DNA of 64,000 nt, from assembly GCF_009914755.1 (NCBI RefSeq), contig NC_060943.1; one strand, written 5' to 3'. A program made the position numbers and the translations under genes. The notes beneath the pieces are model-generated. The model did not search any database, was not told the origin of the DNA, and saw only the letters and a program-made list of their open reading frames with translations. The DNA comes from the human T2T-CHM13v2.0 reference genome, Homo sapiens. Shown one piece after another: positions 25,330-39,540 of this stretch (position 1 is its first letter; each line of letters begins with the position of its first letter).

Positions 25330-28300
25330 ACAGAAGAATTCTCAGTAACTTCCTTGTGTTGTGTGTATTCAACTCACAGAGTTGAACGATCCTTTACACA
25401 GAGCAGACTTGAAACACTCTTTTTGTGGAATTTGCAAGTGGAGATTTCAGCCGCTTTGAGTTCAATGGTAGAATAGGAAATATCTTCCTATAGAAACTAG
25501 ACAGAATGATTCTCAGAAACTCCTTTGTGATGTGTGCGTTCAACTCACAGAGTTCAACCTTTCTTTTCATAGAGCAGTTGGGAAACACTCTGTTTGTAAA
25601 GTCTGCATGTGCATATTCAGACTTCTTTGAGGCCTTCGTTGGAAGCGGGATTTCTTCATATTCTGCTAGACAGAAGAATTCTCAGTAACTTCCTTGTGTT
25701 GTGTGTATTCAACTCACAGAGTTGAACGATCCTTTACACAGAGCAGACTTGAAACACTCTTTTTGTGGAATTTGCAAGTGGAGATTTCAGCCGCTTTGAG
25801 GTCAATGGTAGAATAGGAAATATCTTCCTATAGAAACTAGACAGAATGATTCTCAGAAACTCCTTTGTGATGTGTGCGTTCAACTCACAGAGTTTAACCT
25901 TTCTTTTCATAGAGCAGTTAGGAAACACTCTGTTTGTAAAGTCTGCAAGTGGATATTCAGACATCCTTGAGGCTTTCGTTGGAAACGGGATTTCTTCATA
26001 TTCTGCTAGAAAGAAGAATTCTCAGTAACTTCCTTGTGTTGTGTGTATTCAACTCACAGAGTTGAATGATCCTTTACACAGAACAGTCTTGAAACACTCT
26101 TTTTGTGGAATTTGCAAGTGGAGATTTCAGCCGCTTTGAGGTCAATGGTAGAATAGGAAATATCTTCCTATAGAAACTAGACAGAATGATTCTCAGAAAC
26201 TCCTTTGTGATGTGTGCGTTCAACTCACAGAGTTTAACCTTTCTTTTCATAGAGCAGTTAGGAAACACTCTGTTTGTAAAGTCTGCAAGTGGATATTCAG
26301 ACATCTTTGAGGCTTTCGTTGGAAACGGGATTTCTTCATATTCTGCTAGACAGAAGAATTCTCAGAAACTTCGTTGTGTTGTGTGTTTTCAAATCACAGA
26401 GTTCAACGATCCTTTACACAGAGTAGACTTGAAACACTCTTTTTGTGGAATTGGCAGGGTGGAGATTTCAGCCGCTTTGAGGTCAATGGTAGAATAGGAA
26501 ATATCTTCGTATAAAAACTAGACAGAGTGATTCTCAGAAACTCCTTTGTGATGTGTGCGTTCAACTCACAGAGTTTAACCTTTCTTTTCATAGAGCAGTT
26601 AGGAAACACTCTGTTTGTAAAGTCTGCAAGTGGATATTCAGACCTCCTTGAGGTCTTCGTTGGAAACGGGATTTCTTCATATTATGCTAGACAGAAGAAT
26701 TCTCAGTAACTTCCTTGTGTTGTGTGTATTCAACTCACAGAGTTGAACGATCCTTTACACAGAGCAGACTTGAAACACTCTTTTTGTGGAATTTGCAAGT
26801 GGAGATTTCAGCCGCTTTGAGGTCAATGGTAGAATAGGAAATATCTTCCTATAGAAACTAGACAGAATGATTCTCAGAAACTCCTTTGTGATGTGTGCGT
26901 TCAACTCACAGAGTTTAACCTTTCTTTTCATAGAGCAGTTAGGAAACACTCTGTTTGTAAAGTCTGCAAGTGGATATTCAGACCTCTTTGAGGCCTTCGT
27001 TGGAAACGGGATTTCTTCATATTATGCTAGACAGAAGAATTCTCAGTAACTTCCTTGTGTTGTGTGTATTCAACTCACAGAGTTGAACGATCCTTTACAC
27101 AGAGCAGACTTGAAACACTCTTTTTGTGGAATTTGCAAGTGGAGATTTCAGCCGCTTTGAGGTCAATGGTAGAATAGGAAATATCTTCCTATAGAAACTA
27201 GACAGAATGATTCTGAGAAATTCCTTTGTGATGTGTGCGTTCAACTCACAGAGTTTAACCTTTCTTTCATAGAGCAGTTAGGAAACACTCTGTTTGTAAA
27301 GTCTGCAAGTGGATATTCAGACCTCCTTGAGGCCTTCGTTGGAAATGGGATTTCTTCATATTATGCTGGACAGAAGAATTCTCAGTAACTTCCTTGTGTT
27401 GTGTGTATTCAACTCACAGAGTTGAACGATCCTTTACACAGAGCAGACTTGAAACACTCTTTTTGTGGAATTTGCAAGTGGAGATTTCAGCCGCTTTGAG
27501 TTCAATGGTAGAATAGGAAATATCTTCCTATAGAAACTAGACAGAATGATTCTCAGAAACTCCTTTGTGATGTGTGCGTTCAACTCACAGAGTTCAACCT
27601 TTCTTTTTATAGAGCAGTTGGGAAACACTCTGTTTGTAAAGTCTGCATGTGCATATTCAGACTTCTTTGAGGCCTTCGTTGGAAGCGGGATTTCTTCATA
27701 TTCTGCTAGACAGAAGAATTCTCAGTAACTTCCTTGTGTTGTGTGTATTCAACTCACAGAGTTGAACGATCCTTTACACAGAGCAGACTTGAAACACTCT
27801 TTTTGTGGAATTTGCAAGTGGAGATTTCAGCCGCTTTGAGGTCAATGGTAGAATAGGAAATATCTTCCTATAGAAACTAGACAGAATGATTCTCAGAAAC
27901 TCCTTTGTGATGTGTGCGTTCAACTCACAGAGTTTAACCTTTCTTTTCATAGAGCAGTTAGGAAACACTCTGTTTGTAAAGTCTGCAAGTGGATATTCAG
28001 ACATCCTTGAGGCTTTCGTTGGAAACGGGATTTCTTCATATTCTGCTAGAAAGAAGAATTCTTAGTAACTTCCTTGTGTTGTGTGTATTCAACTCACAGA
28101 GTTGAATGATCCTTTACACAGAACAGTCTTGAAACACTCTTTTTGTGGAATTTGCAATTGGAGATTTCAGCCGCTTTGAGGTCAATGGTAGAATAGGAAA
28201 TATCTTCCTATAGAAACTAGACAGAATGATTCTCAGAAACTCCTTTGTGATGTGTGCGTTCAACTCACAGAGTTTAACCTTTCTTTTCATAGAGCAGTTA

Positions 28301-30900
28301 GGAAACACTCTGTTTGTAAAGTCTGCAAGTGGATATTCAGACATCTTTGAGGCTTTCGTTGGAAACGGGATTTCTTCATATTCTGCTAGACAGAAGAATT
28401 CTCAGAAACTTCGTTGTGTTGTGTGTTTTCAAATCACAGAGTTCAACGATCCTGTACACAGAGTAGACTTAAAACACTCTTTTTGTGGAATTGGCAGGGT
28501 GGAGATTTCAGCCGCTTTGAGGTCAATGGTAGAAAAGGAAATATCTTCGTATAAAAACTAGACAGAGTGATTCTCAGAAACTCCTTTGTGATGTGTGCGT
28601 TCAACTCACAGAGTTTAACATTTCTTTTCATAGAGCAGTTAGGAAACACTCTGTTTGTAAAGTCTGCAAGTGGATATTCAGACCTCCTTGAGGTCTTCGT
28701 TGGAAACGGGATTTCTTCATATTATGCTAGACAGAAGAATTCTCAGTAACTTCCTTGTGTTGTGTGTATTCAACTCACAGAGTTGAACGATCCTTTACAC
28801 AGAGCAGACTTGAAACACTCTTTTTGTGGAATTTGCAAGTGGAGATTTCAGCCGCTTTGAGGTCAATGGTAGAATAGGAAATATCTTCCTATAGAAACTA
28901 GACAGAATGATTCTCAGAAACTCCTTTGTGATGTGTGCGTTCAACTCACAGAGTTTAACCTTTCTTTTCATAGAGCAGTTAGGAAACACTCTGTTTGTAA
29001 AGTCTGCAAGTGGATATTCAGACCTCTTTGAGGCCTTCGTTGGAAACGGGATTTCTTCATATTATGCTAGAAAGAAGAATTCTCAGTAACTTCCTTGTGT
29101 TGTGTGTATTCAACTCACAGAGTTGAACGATCCTTTACACAGAGCAGACTTGAAACACTCTTTTTGTGGAATTTGCAAGTGGAGATTTCAGCCGCTTTGA
29201 GGTCAATGGTAGAATAGGAAATATCTTCCTATAGAAACTAGACAGAATGATTGTGAGAAACTCCTTTGTGATGTGTGCGTTCAACTCACAGAGTTTAACC
29301 TTTCTTTCATAGAGCAGTTAGGAAACACTCTGTTTGTAAAGTCTGCAAGTGGATATTCAGACCTCCTTGAGGCCTTCGTTGGAAATGGGATTTCTTCATA
29401 TTATGCTAGACAGAAGAATTCTCAGTAACTTCCTTGTGTTGTGTGTATTCAACTCACAGAGTTGAACGATCCTTTACACAGAGCAGACTTGAAACACTAT
29501 TTTTGTGGAATTTGCAAGTGGAGATTTCAGCCGCTTTGAGTTCAATGGTAGAATAGGAAATATCTTCCTATAGAAACTAGACAGAATGATTCTCAGAAAC
29601 TCCTTTGTGATGTGTGCGTTCAACTCACAGAGTTCAACCTTTCTTTTTATAGAGCAGTTGGGAAACACTCTGTTTGTAAAGTCTGCATGTGCATATTCAG
29701 AGTTCTTTGAGGCCTTCGTTGGAAGCGGGATTTCTTCATATTCTGCTAGACAGAAGAATTCTCAGTAACTTCCTTGTGTTGTGTGTATTCAACTCACAGA
29801 GTTGAACGATCCTTTACACAGAGCAGACTTGAAACACTCTTTTTGTGGAATTTGCAATTGGAGATTTCAGCCGCTTTGAGGTCAATGGTAGAATAGGAAA
29901 TATCTTCCTATAGAAACTAGACAGAATGATTCTCAGAAACTCCTTTGTGATGTGTGCGTTCAACTCACAGAGTTTAACCTTTCTTTTCATAGAGCAGTTA
30001 GGAAACACTCTGTTTGTAAAGTCTGCAAGTGGATATTCAGACATCCTTGAGGCTTTCGTTGGAAACGGGATTTCTTCATATTCTGCTAGAAAGAAGAATT
30101 CTCAGTAACTTCCTTGTGTTGTGTGTATTCAACTCACAGAGTTGAATGATCCTTTACACAGAACAGTCTTGAAACACTCTTTTTGTGGAATTTGCAAGTG
30201 GAGATTTCAGCCGCTTTGAGGTCAATGGTAGAATAGGAAATATCTTCCTATAGAAACTAGACAGAATGATTCTCAGAAACTCCTTTGTGATGTGTGCGTT
30301 CAACTCACAGAGTTTAACCTTTCTTTTCATAGAGCAGTTAGGAAACACTCTGTTTGTAAAGTCTGCAAGTGGATATTCAGACATCTTTGAGGCTTTCGTT
30401 GGAAACGGGATTTCTTCATATTCTGCTAGACAGAAGAATTCTTAGAAACTTCGTTGTGTTGTGTGTTTTCAAATCACAGAGTTCAACGATCCTTTACACA
30501 GAGTAGACTTGAAACACTCTTTTTGTGGAATTGGCAGGGTGGAGATTTCAGCTGCTTTGAGGTCAATGGTAGAAAAGGAAATATCTTCGTATAAAAACTA
30601 GACAGAGTGATTCTCAGAAACTCCTTTGTGATGTGTGCGTTCAACTCACAGAGTTTAACCTTTCTTTTCATAGAGCAGTTAGGAAACACTCTGTTTGTAA
30701 AGTCTGCAAGTGGATATTCAGACCTCCTTGAGGTCTTCGTTGGAAACGGGATTTCTTCATATTATGCTAGACAGAAGAATTCTCAGTAACTTCCTTGTGT
30801 TGTGTGTATTCAACTCACAGAGTTGAACGATCCTTTACACAGAGCAGACTTGAAACACTCTTTTTGTGGAATTTGCAAGTGGAGATTTCAGCCGCTTTGA
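25330..30900 (+). repeat. Approximately three tandem copies of a 6-dimer (12-monomer, 2040-bp) unit
   Basis: GTCTGCATGTGCAT occurs at ~25601, 27641 and 29681. The 341-bp dimer starts at 26186, 28226 and 30266, and the TTCTTTCAT deletion dimer at 27207 and 29247. Confidence 0.9.
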
Positions 30901-33900
30901 GGTCAATGGTAGAATAGGAAATATCTTCCTATAGAAACTAGACAGAATGATTCTCAGAAACTCCTTTGTGATGTGTGCGTTCAACTCACAGAGTTTAACC
31001 TTTCTTTTCATAGAGCAGTTAGGAAACACTCTGTTTGTAAAGTCTGCAAGTGGATATTCAGACATCCTCGAGGCTTTTGTTGGAAACGGGATTTCTTCAT
31101 ATTCTGCTAGAAAGAAGAATTCTCAGTAACTTCCTTTTGTTGTGTGTATTCAACTCACAGAGTTGAATGATCCTTTACAAAGAACAGTCTTGAAACACTC
31201 TTTTTGTGGAATTTGCAAGTGGAGATTTCAGCCGCTTTGAGGTCAATGGTAGAATAGGAAATATCTTCTTATAGAAACTAGACAGAATGATTCTCAGAAA
31301 CTCCTTTGTGATGTGTGCGTTCAACTCACAGAGTTTAACCTTTCTTTTCATAGAGCAGTTAGGAAACACTCTGTTTGTAAAGTCTGCAAGTGGATATTCA
31401 GACATCTTTGAGGCTTTCGTTGGAAACGGGATTTCTTCATATTCTGCTATACAGAAGAATTCTCAGAAACTTCCTTGTGATATGTGTATTCAACTCACAG
31501 AGCTGAACGATCGTTTACACAGAGCAGACTTGAGACACTCTTTTTGTGGAATTTGTAAGTGGAGATTTCAGCCGCTTTGAGGTCAATGGTAGAAAAGGAA
31601 ATATCTTCATATAAAAACTAGACAGAATGATTCTCAGAAACTCCTTTGTGATGTGTGCGTTCAACTCACAGAGTTTAACCTTTCTTTTCATAGAGCAGTT
31701 AGGAAACACTCTGTTTGTAAAGTCTGCAAGTGGATATTCAGACCTCTTTGAGGCCTTCGTTGGAAACGGGATTTCTTCCTATTATGCTAGACAGAAGAAT
31801 TCTCAGTAACTTCCTTGTGTTGTGTGTATTCAACTCACAGAGTTGAATGATCCTTTACACAGAGCAGACTTGAAACACTCTTTTTGTGGAATTTGCAAGT
31901 GGAGATTTCAGCCGCTTTGAGGTCAATGGTAGAATAGGAAATATCTTCCTATAGAAACTAGACAGAATGATTCTGAGAAACTCCTTTGTGATGTGTGCGT
32001 TCAACTCACAGAGTTCAACCTTTCTTTTCATAGAGCAGTTGGGAAACACTCTGTTTGTAAAGTCTGCAAGTGGATATTCAGACTTCTTTGAGGCCTTCTT
32101 TGGAAGCGGGATTTCTTCATATTCTGCTTGACAGAAGAATTCTCAGTAACTTCCTTGTGTTGTGTGTATTCAACTCACAGAGTTGAACGATCCTTTACAC
32201 AGAGCAGACTTGAAACACTCTTTTTGTGGAATTTGCAAGTGGAGATTTCAGCCGCTTTGAGGTCAATGGTAGAATAGGAAATATCTTCCTATAGAAACTA
32301 GACAGAATGATTCTCAGAAACTCCTTTGTGATGTGTGCGTTCAACTCACAGAGTTTAACCTTTCTTTTCATAGAGCAGTTAGGAAACACTCTGTTTGTAA
32401 AGTCTGCAAGTGGATATTCAGACATCCTTGAGGCTTTCGTTGGAAACGGGATTTCTTCATATTCTGCTAGAAAGAAGAATTCTCAGTAACTTCCTTGTGT
32501 TGTGTGTATTCAACTCACAGACTTGAATGATCCTTTACACAGAACAGTCTTGAAACACTCTTTTTGTGGAATTTGCAAGTGGAGATTTCAGCCGCTTTGA
32601 GGTCAATGGTAGAATAGGAAATATCTTCCTATAGAAACTAGACAGAATGATTCTCAGAAACTCCTTTGTGATGTGTGCGTTCAACTCACAGAGTTTAACC
32701 TTTCTTTTCATAGAGCAGTTAGGAAACACTCTGTTTGTAAAGTCTGCAAGTGGATATTCAGACATCCTTGAGGCTTTCGTTGGAAACGGGATTTCTTCAT
32801 ATTCTGCTAGAAAGAAGAATTCTCAGTAACTTCCTTGTGTTGTGTGTATTCAACTCACAGAGTTGAATGATCCTTTACACAGAACAGTCTTGAAACACTC
32901 TTTTTGTGGAATTTGCAAGTGGAGATTTCAGCCGCTTTGAGGTCAATGGTAGAATAGGAAATATCTTCCTATAGAAACTAGACAGAATGATTCTCAGAAA
33001 CTCCTTTGTGATGTGTGCGTTCAACTCACAGAGTTTAACCTTTCTTTTCATAGAGCAGTTAGGAAACACTCTGTTTGTAAAGTCTGCAAGTGGATATTCA
33101 GACATCTTTGAGGCTTTCGTTGGAAACGGGATTTCTTCATATTCTGCTATACAGAAGAATTCTCAGAAACTTCCTTGTGTTGTGTGTATTCAACTCACAG
33201 ATGTGAACGATCGTTTACACAGAGCAGACTTGAGACACTCTTTTTGTGGAATTTGTAAGTGGAGATTTCAGCCGCTTTGAGGTCAATGGTAGAAAAGGAA
33301 ATATCTTCATATAAAAACTAGACAGAATGATTCTCAGAAACTCCTTTGTGATGTGTGCGTTCAACTCACAGAGTTTAACCTTTCTTTTCATAGAGCAGTT
33401 AGGAAACACTCTGTTTGTAAAGTCTGCAAGTGGATATTCAGACCTCTTTGAGGCCTTCGTTGGAAACGGGATTTCTTCATATTATGCTAGACAGAAGAAT
33501 TCTCAGTAACTTCCTTGTGTTGTGTGTATTCAACTCACAGAGTTGAACGATCCTTTAAACAGAGCAGACTTGAAACACTCTTTTTGTGGAATTTGCAAGT
33601 GGAGATTTCAGCCACTTTGAGTTCAATGGTAGAATAGGAAATATCTTCCTATAGAAACTAGACAGAATGATTCTCAGAAACTCCTTTGTGATGTGTGCGT
33701 TCAACTCACAGAGTTCAACCTTTCTTTTCATAGAGCAGTTGGGAAACACTCTGTTTGTAAAGTCTGCAAGTGGATATTCAGACTTCTTTGAGGCCTTCGT
33801 TGGAAGCAGGATTTCTTCATATTCTGCTAGACAGAAGAATTCTCAGTAACTTCCTTGTGTTGTGTGTATTCAACTCACAGAGTTGAACGATCCTTTACAC

Positions 33901-36900
33901 AGAGCAGACTTGAAACACTCATTTTGTGGAATTTGCAAGGGGAGATTTCAGCCGCTTTGAGGTCAATGGTAGAATAGGAAATATCTTCCTATAGAAACTA
34001 GCCAGAATGATTCTCAGAAACTCCTTTGTGATGTGTGCGTTCAACTCACAGAGTTTAACCTTTCTTTTCATAGAGTAGTTAGGAAACACTCTGTTTGTAA
34101 AGTCTGCAAGTGGATATTCAGACATCCTTGAGGCTTTCGTTGGAAACGGGATTTCTTCATATTCTGCTAGAAAGAAGAATTCTCAGTAACTTCCTTGTGT
34201 TGTGTGTATTCAACTCACAGAGTTGAACGATCCTTTACACAGAGCAGACTTGAAACACTCTTTTTGTGGAATTTGCAAGTGGAGATTTCAGCCGCTTTTA
34301 GGTCAATGGTAGAATAGGAAATATCTTCCTATAGAAACTAGACAGAATGATTCTCAGAAACTCCTTTGTGATGTGTGCGTTCAACTCACAGAGTTTAACC
34401 TTACTTTTCATAGAGCAGTTAGGAAACACTCTGTTTGTAAAGTCTGCAAGTGGATATTCAGACATCTTTGAGGCCTTCGTTGGAAACGGGATTTCTTCAT
34501 GTTCTGCTAGACAGAAGAATTCTCAGAAACTTCCTTGTGTTGTGTGTTTTCAACTCACAGAGTTGAACGATGCTTTACACAGAGTAGACTTGAAACACTC
34601 TTTTTGTGTAATTTGCAAGTGAAGATTTCAGCCGCTTTGAAGTCAATGGTAGAAAAGGAAATATCTTCGTATAAAAACTAGACAGAATGATTCTCAGAAA
34701 CTCCTTTGTGATGTGTGCGTTTAACTCACAGAGTTTAACCTTTCTTTTCATAGAGCAGTTAGGAAACACTCTGTTTGTAAAGTCTGCAAGTGGATATTCA
34801 GACCTCTTTGAGGCCTTCGTTGGAAACGGGATTTCTTCATATTCTGCTAGAGAGAAGAATTCTCAGTAACTTCATTGTGTTGTGTGTATTCAACTCACAG
34901 ATTTCAACGATCCTTTACACAGAGCAGACTTGAAATACTCTTTTTCTGGAATTTGCAAGTGGAGATTTCAGCCGCTTTGAGGTCAATGTAGAATAGGAAA
35001 TATCTTCCTATAGAAATTAGACAGAATTATTCTCAGAAACTCCTTTGTGATGTGTGCGTTCAACTCACAGAGTTTAACCTTTCTTTTCATAGAGCAGTTA
35101 GGAAACACTCTGTTTGTAAAGTCTGCAAGTGGATATTCAGACCTCCTTGAGGTCTTCGTTGGAAACGGGATTTCTTCATATTATGCTAGACAGAAGAATT
35201 CTCAGTAACTTCCTTGTGTTGTGTGTATTCAACTCACAGAGTTGAACGATCCTTTACACAGAGCAGACTTGAAACACTCTTTTTGTGGAATTTGCAAGTG
35301 GAGATTTCAGCCGCTTTGAGGTCAATGGTAGAATAGGAAATATCTTCCTATAGAAACTAGACAGAATGATTCTCAGAAACTCCTTTGTGATGTGTGCGTT
35401 CAACTCACAGAGTTTAACCTTTCTTTTCATAGAGCAGTTAGGAAACACTCTGTTTGTAAAGTCTGCAAGTGGATATTCAGACATCCTCGAGGCTTTCGTT
35501 GGAAACGGGATTTCTTCATATTCTGCTAGAAAGAAGAATTCTCAGTAACTTCCTTGTGTTGTGTGTATTCAACTCACAGAGTTGAATGATCCTTTACAAA
35601 GAACAGTCTTGAAACACTCTTTTTGTGGAATTTGCAAGTGGAGATTTCAGCCGCTTTGAGGTCAATGGTAGAATAGGAAATATCTTCTTATAGAAACTAG
35701 ACAGAATGATTCTCAGAAACTCCTTTGTGATGTGTGCGTTCAACTCACAGAGTTTAACCTTTCTTTTCATAGAGCAGTTAGGAAACACTCTGTTTGTAAA
35801 GTCTGCAAGTGGATATTCAGACATCTTTGAGGCTTTCGTTGGAAACGGGATTTCTTCATATTCTGCTATACAGAAGAATTCTCAGAAACTTCCTTGTGAT
35901 ATGTGTATTCAACTCACAGAGCTGAACGATCGTTTACACAGAGCAGACTTGAGACACTCTTTTTGTGGAATTTGTAAGTGGAGATTTCAGCCGCTTTGAG
36001 GTCAATGGTAGAAAAGGAAATATCTTCATATAAAAACTAGACAGAATGATTCTCAGAAACTCCTTTGTGATGTGTGCGTTCAACTCACAGAGTTTAACCT
36101 TTCTTTTCATAGAGCAGTTAGGAAACACTCTGTTTGTAAAGTCTGCAAGTGGATATTCAGACCTCTTTGAGGCCTTCGTTGGAAACGGGATTTCTTCCTA
36201 TTATGCTAGACAGAAGAATTCTCAGTAACTTCCTTGTGTTGTGTGTATTCAACTCACAGAGTTGAATGATCCTTTACACAGAGCAGACTTGAAACACTCT
36301 TTTTGTGGAATTTGCAAGTGGAGATTTCAGCCGCTTTGAGGTCAATGGTAGAATAGGAAATATCTTCCTATAGAAACTAGACAGAATGATTCTGAGAAAC
36401 TCCTTTGTGATGTGTGCGTTCAACTCACAGAGTTCAACCTTTCTTTTCATAGAGCAGTTGGGAAACACTCTGTTTGTAAAGTCTGCAAGTGGATATTCAG
36501 ACTTCTTTGAGGCCTTCGTTGGAAGCGGGATTTCTTCATATTCTGCTAGACAGAAGAATTCTCAGTAACTTCCTTGTGTTGTGTGTATTCAACTCACAGA
36601 GTTGAACGATCCTTTACACAGAGCAGACTTGAAACACTCTTTTTGTGGAATTTGCAAGTGGAGATTTCAGCCGCTTTGAGGTCAATGGTAGAATAGGAAA
36701 TATCTTCCTATAGAAACTAGACAGAATGATTCTCAGAAACTCCTTTGTGATGTGTGCGTTCAACTCACAGAGTTTAACCTTTCTTTTCATAGAGCAGTTA
36801 GGAAACACTCTGTTTGTAAAGTCTGCAAGTGGATATTCAGACATCCTTGAGGCTTTCGTTGGAAACGGGATTTCTTCATATTCTGCTAGAAAGAAGAATT

Positions 36901-39540
36901 CTCAGTAACTTCCTTGTGTTGTGTGTATTCAACTCACAGACTTGAATGATCCTTTACACAGAACAGTCTTGAAACACTCTTTTTGTGGAATTTGCAAGTG
37001 GAGATTTCAGCCGCTTTGAGGTCAATGGTAGAATAGGAAATATCTTCCTATAGAAACTAGACAGAATGATTCTCAGAAACTCCTTTGTGATGTGTGCGTT
37101 CAACTCACAGAGTTTAACCTTTCTTTTCATAGAGCAGTTAGGAAACACTCTGTTTGTAAAGTCTGCAAGTGGATATTCAGACATCCTTGAGGCTTTCGTT
37201 GGAAACGGGATTTCTTCATATTCTGCTAGAAAGAAGAATTCTCAGTAACTTCCTTGTGTTGTGTGTATTCAACTCACAGAGTTGAATGATCCTTTACACA
37301 GAACAGTCTTGAAACACTCTTTTTGTGGAATTTGCAAGTGGAGATTTCAGCCGCTTTGAGGTCAATGGTAGAATAGGAAATATCTTCCTATAGAAACTAG
37401 ACAGAATGATTCTCAGAAACTCCTTTGTGATGTGTGCGTTCAACTCACAGAGTTTAACCTTTCTTTTCATAGAGCAGTTAGGAAACACTCTGTTTGTAAA
37501 GTCTGCAAGTGGATATTCAGACATCTTTGAGGCTTTCGTTGGAAACGGGATTTCTTCATATTCTGCTATACAGAAGAATTCTCAGAAACTTCCTTGTGTT
37601 GTGTGTATTCAACTCACAGATGTGAACGATCGTTTACACAGAGCAGACTTGAGACACTCTTTTTGTGGAATTTGTAAGTGGAGATTTCAGCCGCTTTGAG
37701 GTCAATGGTAGAAAAGGAAATATCTTCATATAAAAACTAGACAGAATGATTCTCAGAAACTCCTTTGTGATGTGTGCGTTCAACTCACAGAGTTTAACCT
37801 TTCTTTTCATAGAGCAGTTAGGAAACACTCTGTTTGTAAAGTCTGCAAGTGGATATTCAGACCTCTTTGAGGCCTTCGTTGGAAACGGGATTTCTTCATA
37901 TTATGCTAGACAGAAGAATTCTCAGTAACTTCCTTGTGTTGTGTGTATTCAACTCACAGAGTTGAACGATCCTTTACACAGAGCAGACTTGAAACACTCT
38001 TTTTGTGGAATTTGCAAGTGGAGATTTCAGCCACTTTGAGTTCAATGGTAGAATAGGAAATATCTTCCTATAGAAACTAGACAGAATGATTCTCAGAAAC
38101 TCCTTTGTGATGTGTGCGTTCAACTCACAGAGTTCAACCTTTCTTTTCATAGAGCAGTTGGGAAACACTCTGTTTGTAAAGTCTGCAAGTGGATATTCAG
38201 ACTTCTTTGAGGCCTTCGTTGGAAGCAGGATTTCTTCATATTCTGCTAGACAGAAGAATTCTCAGTAACTTCCTTGTGTTGTGTGTATTCAACTCACAGA
38301 GTTGAACGATCCTTTACACAGAGCAGACTTGAAACACTCATTTTGTGGAATTTGCAAGGGGAGATTTCAGCCGCTTTGAGGTCAATGGTAGAATAGGAAA
38401 TATCTTCCTATAGAAACTAGCCAGAATGATTCTCAGAAACTCCTTTGTGATGTGTGCGTTCAACTCACAGAGTTTAACCTTTCTTTTCATAGAGTAGTTA
38501 GGAAACACTCTGTTTGTAAAGTCTGCAAGTGGATATTCAGACATCCTTGAGGCTTTCGTTGGAAACGGGATTTCTTCATATTCTGCTAGAAAGAAGAATT
38601 CTCAGTAACTTCCTTGTGTTGTGTGTATTCAACTCACAGAGTTGAACGATCCTTTACACAGAGCAGACTTGAAACACTCTTTTTGTGGAATTTGCAAGTG
38701 GAGATTTCAGCCGCTTTTAGGTCAATGGTAGAATAGGAAATATCTTCCTATAGAAACTAGACAGAATGATTCTCAGAAACTCCTTTGTGATGTGTGCGTT
38801 CAACTCACAGAGTTTAACCTTACTTTTCATAGAGCAGTTAGGAAACACTCTGTTTGTAAAGTCTGCAAGTGGATATTCAGACATCTTTGAGGCCTTCGTT
38901 GGAAACGGGATTTCTTCATGTTCTGCTAGACAGAAGAATTCTCAGAAACTTCCTTGTGTTGTGTGTTTTCAACTCACAGAGTTGAACGATGCTTTACACA
39001 GAGTAGACTTGAAACACTCTTTTTGTGTAATTTGCAAGTGAAGATTTCAGCCGCTTTGAAGTCAATGGTAGAAAAGGAAATATCTTCGTATAAAAACTAG
39101 ACAGAATGATTCTCAGAAACTCCTTTGTGATGTGTGCGTTTAACTCACAGAGTTTAACCTTTCTTTTCATAGAGCAGTTAGGAAACACTCTGTTTGTAAA
39201 GTCTGCAAGTGGATATTCAGACCTCTTTGAGGCCTTCGTTGGAAACGGGATTTCTTCATATTCTGCTAGAGAGAAGAATTCTCAGTAACTTCATTGTGTT
39301 GTGTGTATTCAACTCACAGATTTCAACGATCCTTTACACAGAGCAGACTTGAAATACTCTTTTTCTGGAATTTGCAAGTGGAGATTTCAGCCGCTTTGAG
39401 GTCAATGTAGAATAGGAAATATCTTCCTATAGAAATTAGACAGAATTATTCTCAGAAACTCCTTTGTGATGTGTGCGTTCAACTCACAGAGTTTAACCTT
39501 TCTTTTCATAGAGCAGTTAGGAAACACTCTGTTTGTAAAG
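30700..39540 (+). repeat. Near-perfect tandem duplication of a 13-dimer block (4419 bp)
   Basis: XhoI site CTCGAG at 31067 and 35486. GTGATATGTG, GATGTGAAC, GCCACTTT, CTCATTTT, TTCATGTTC and CAATGTAG all recur at +4419. Confidence 0.93.
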
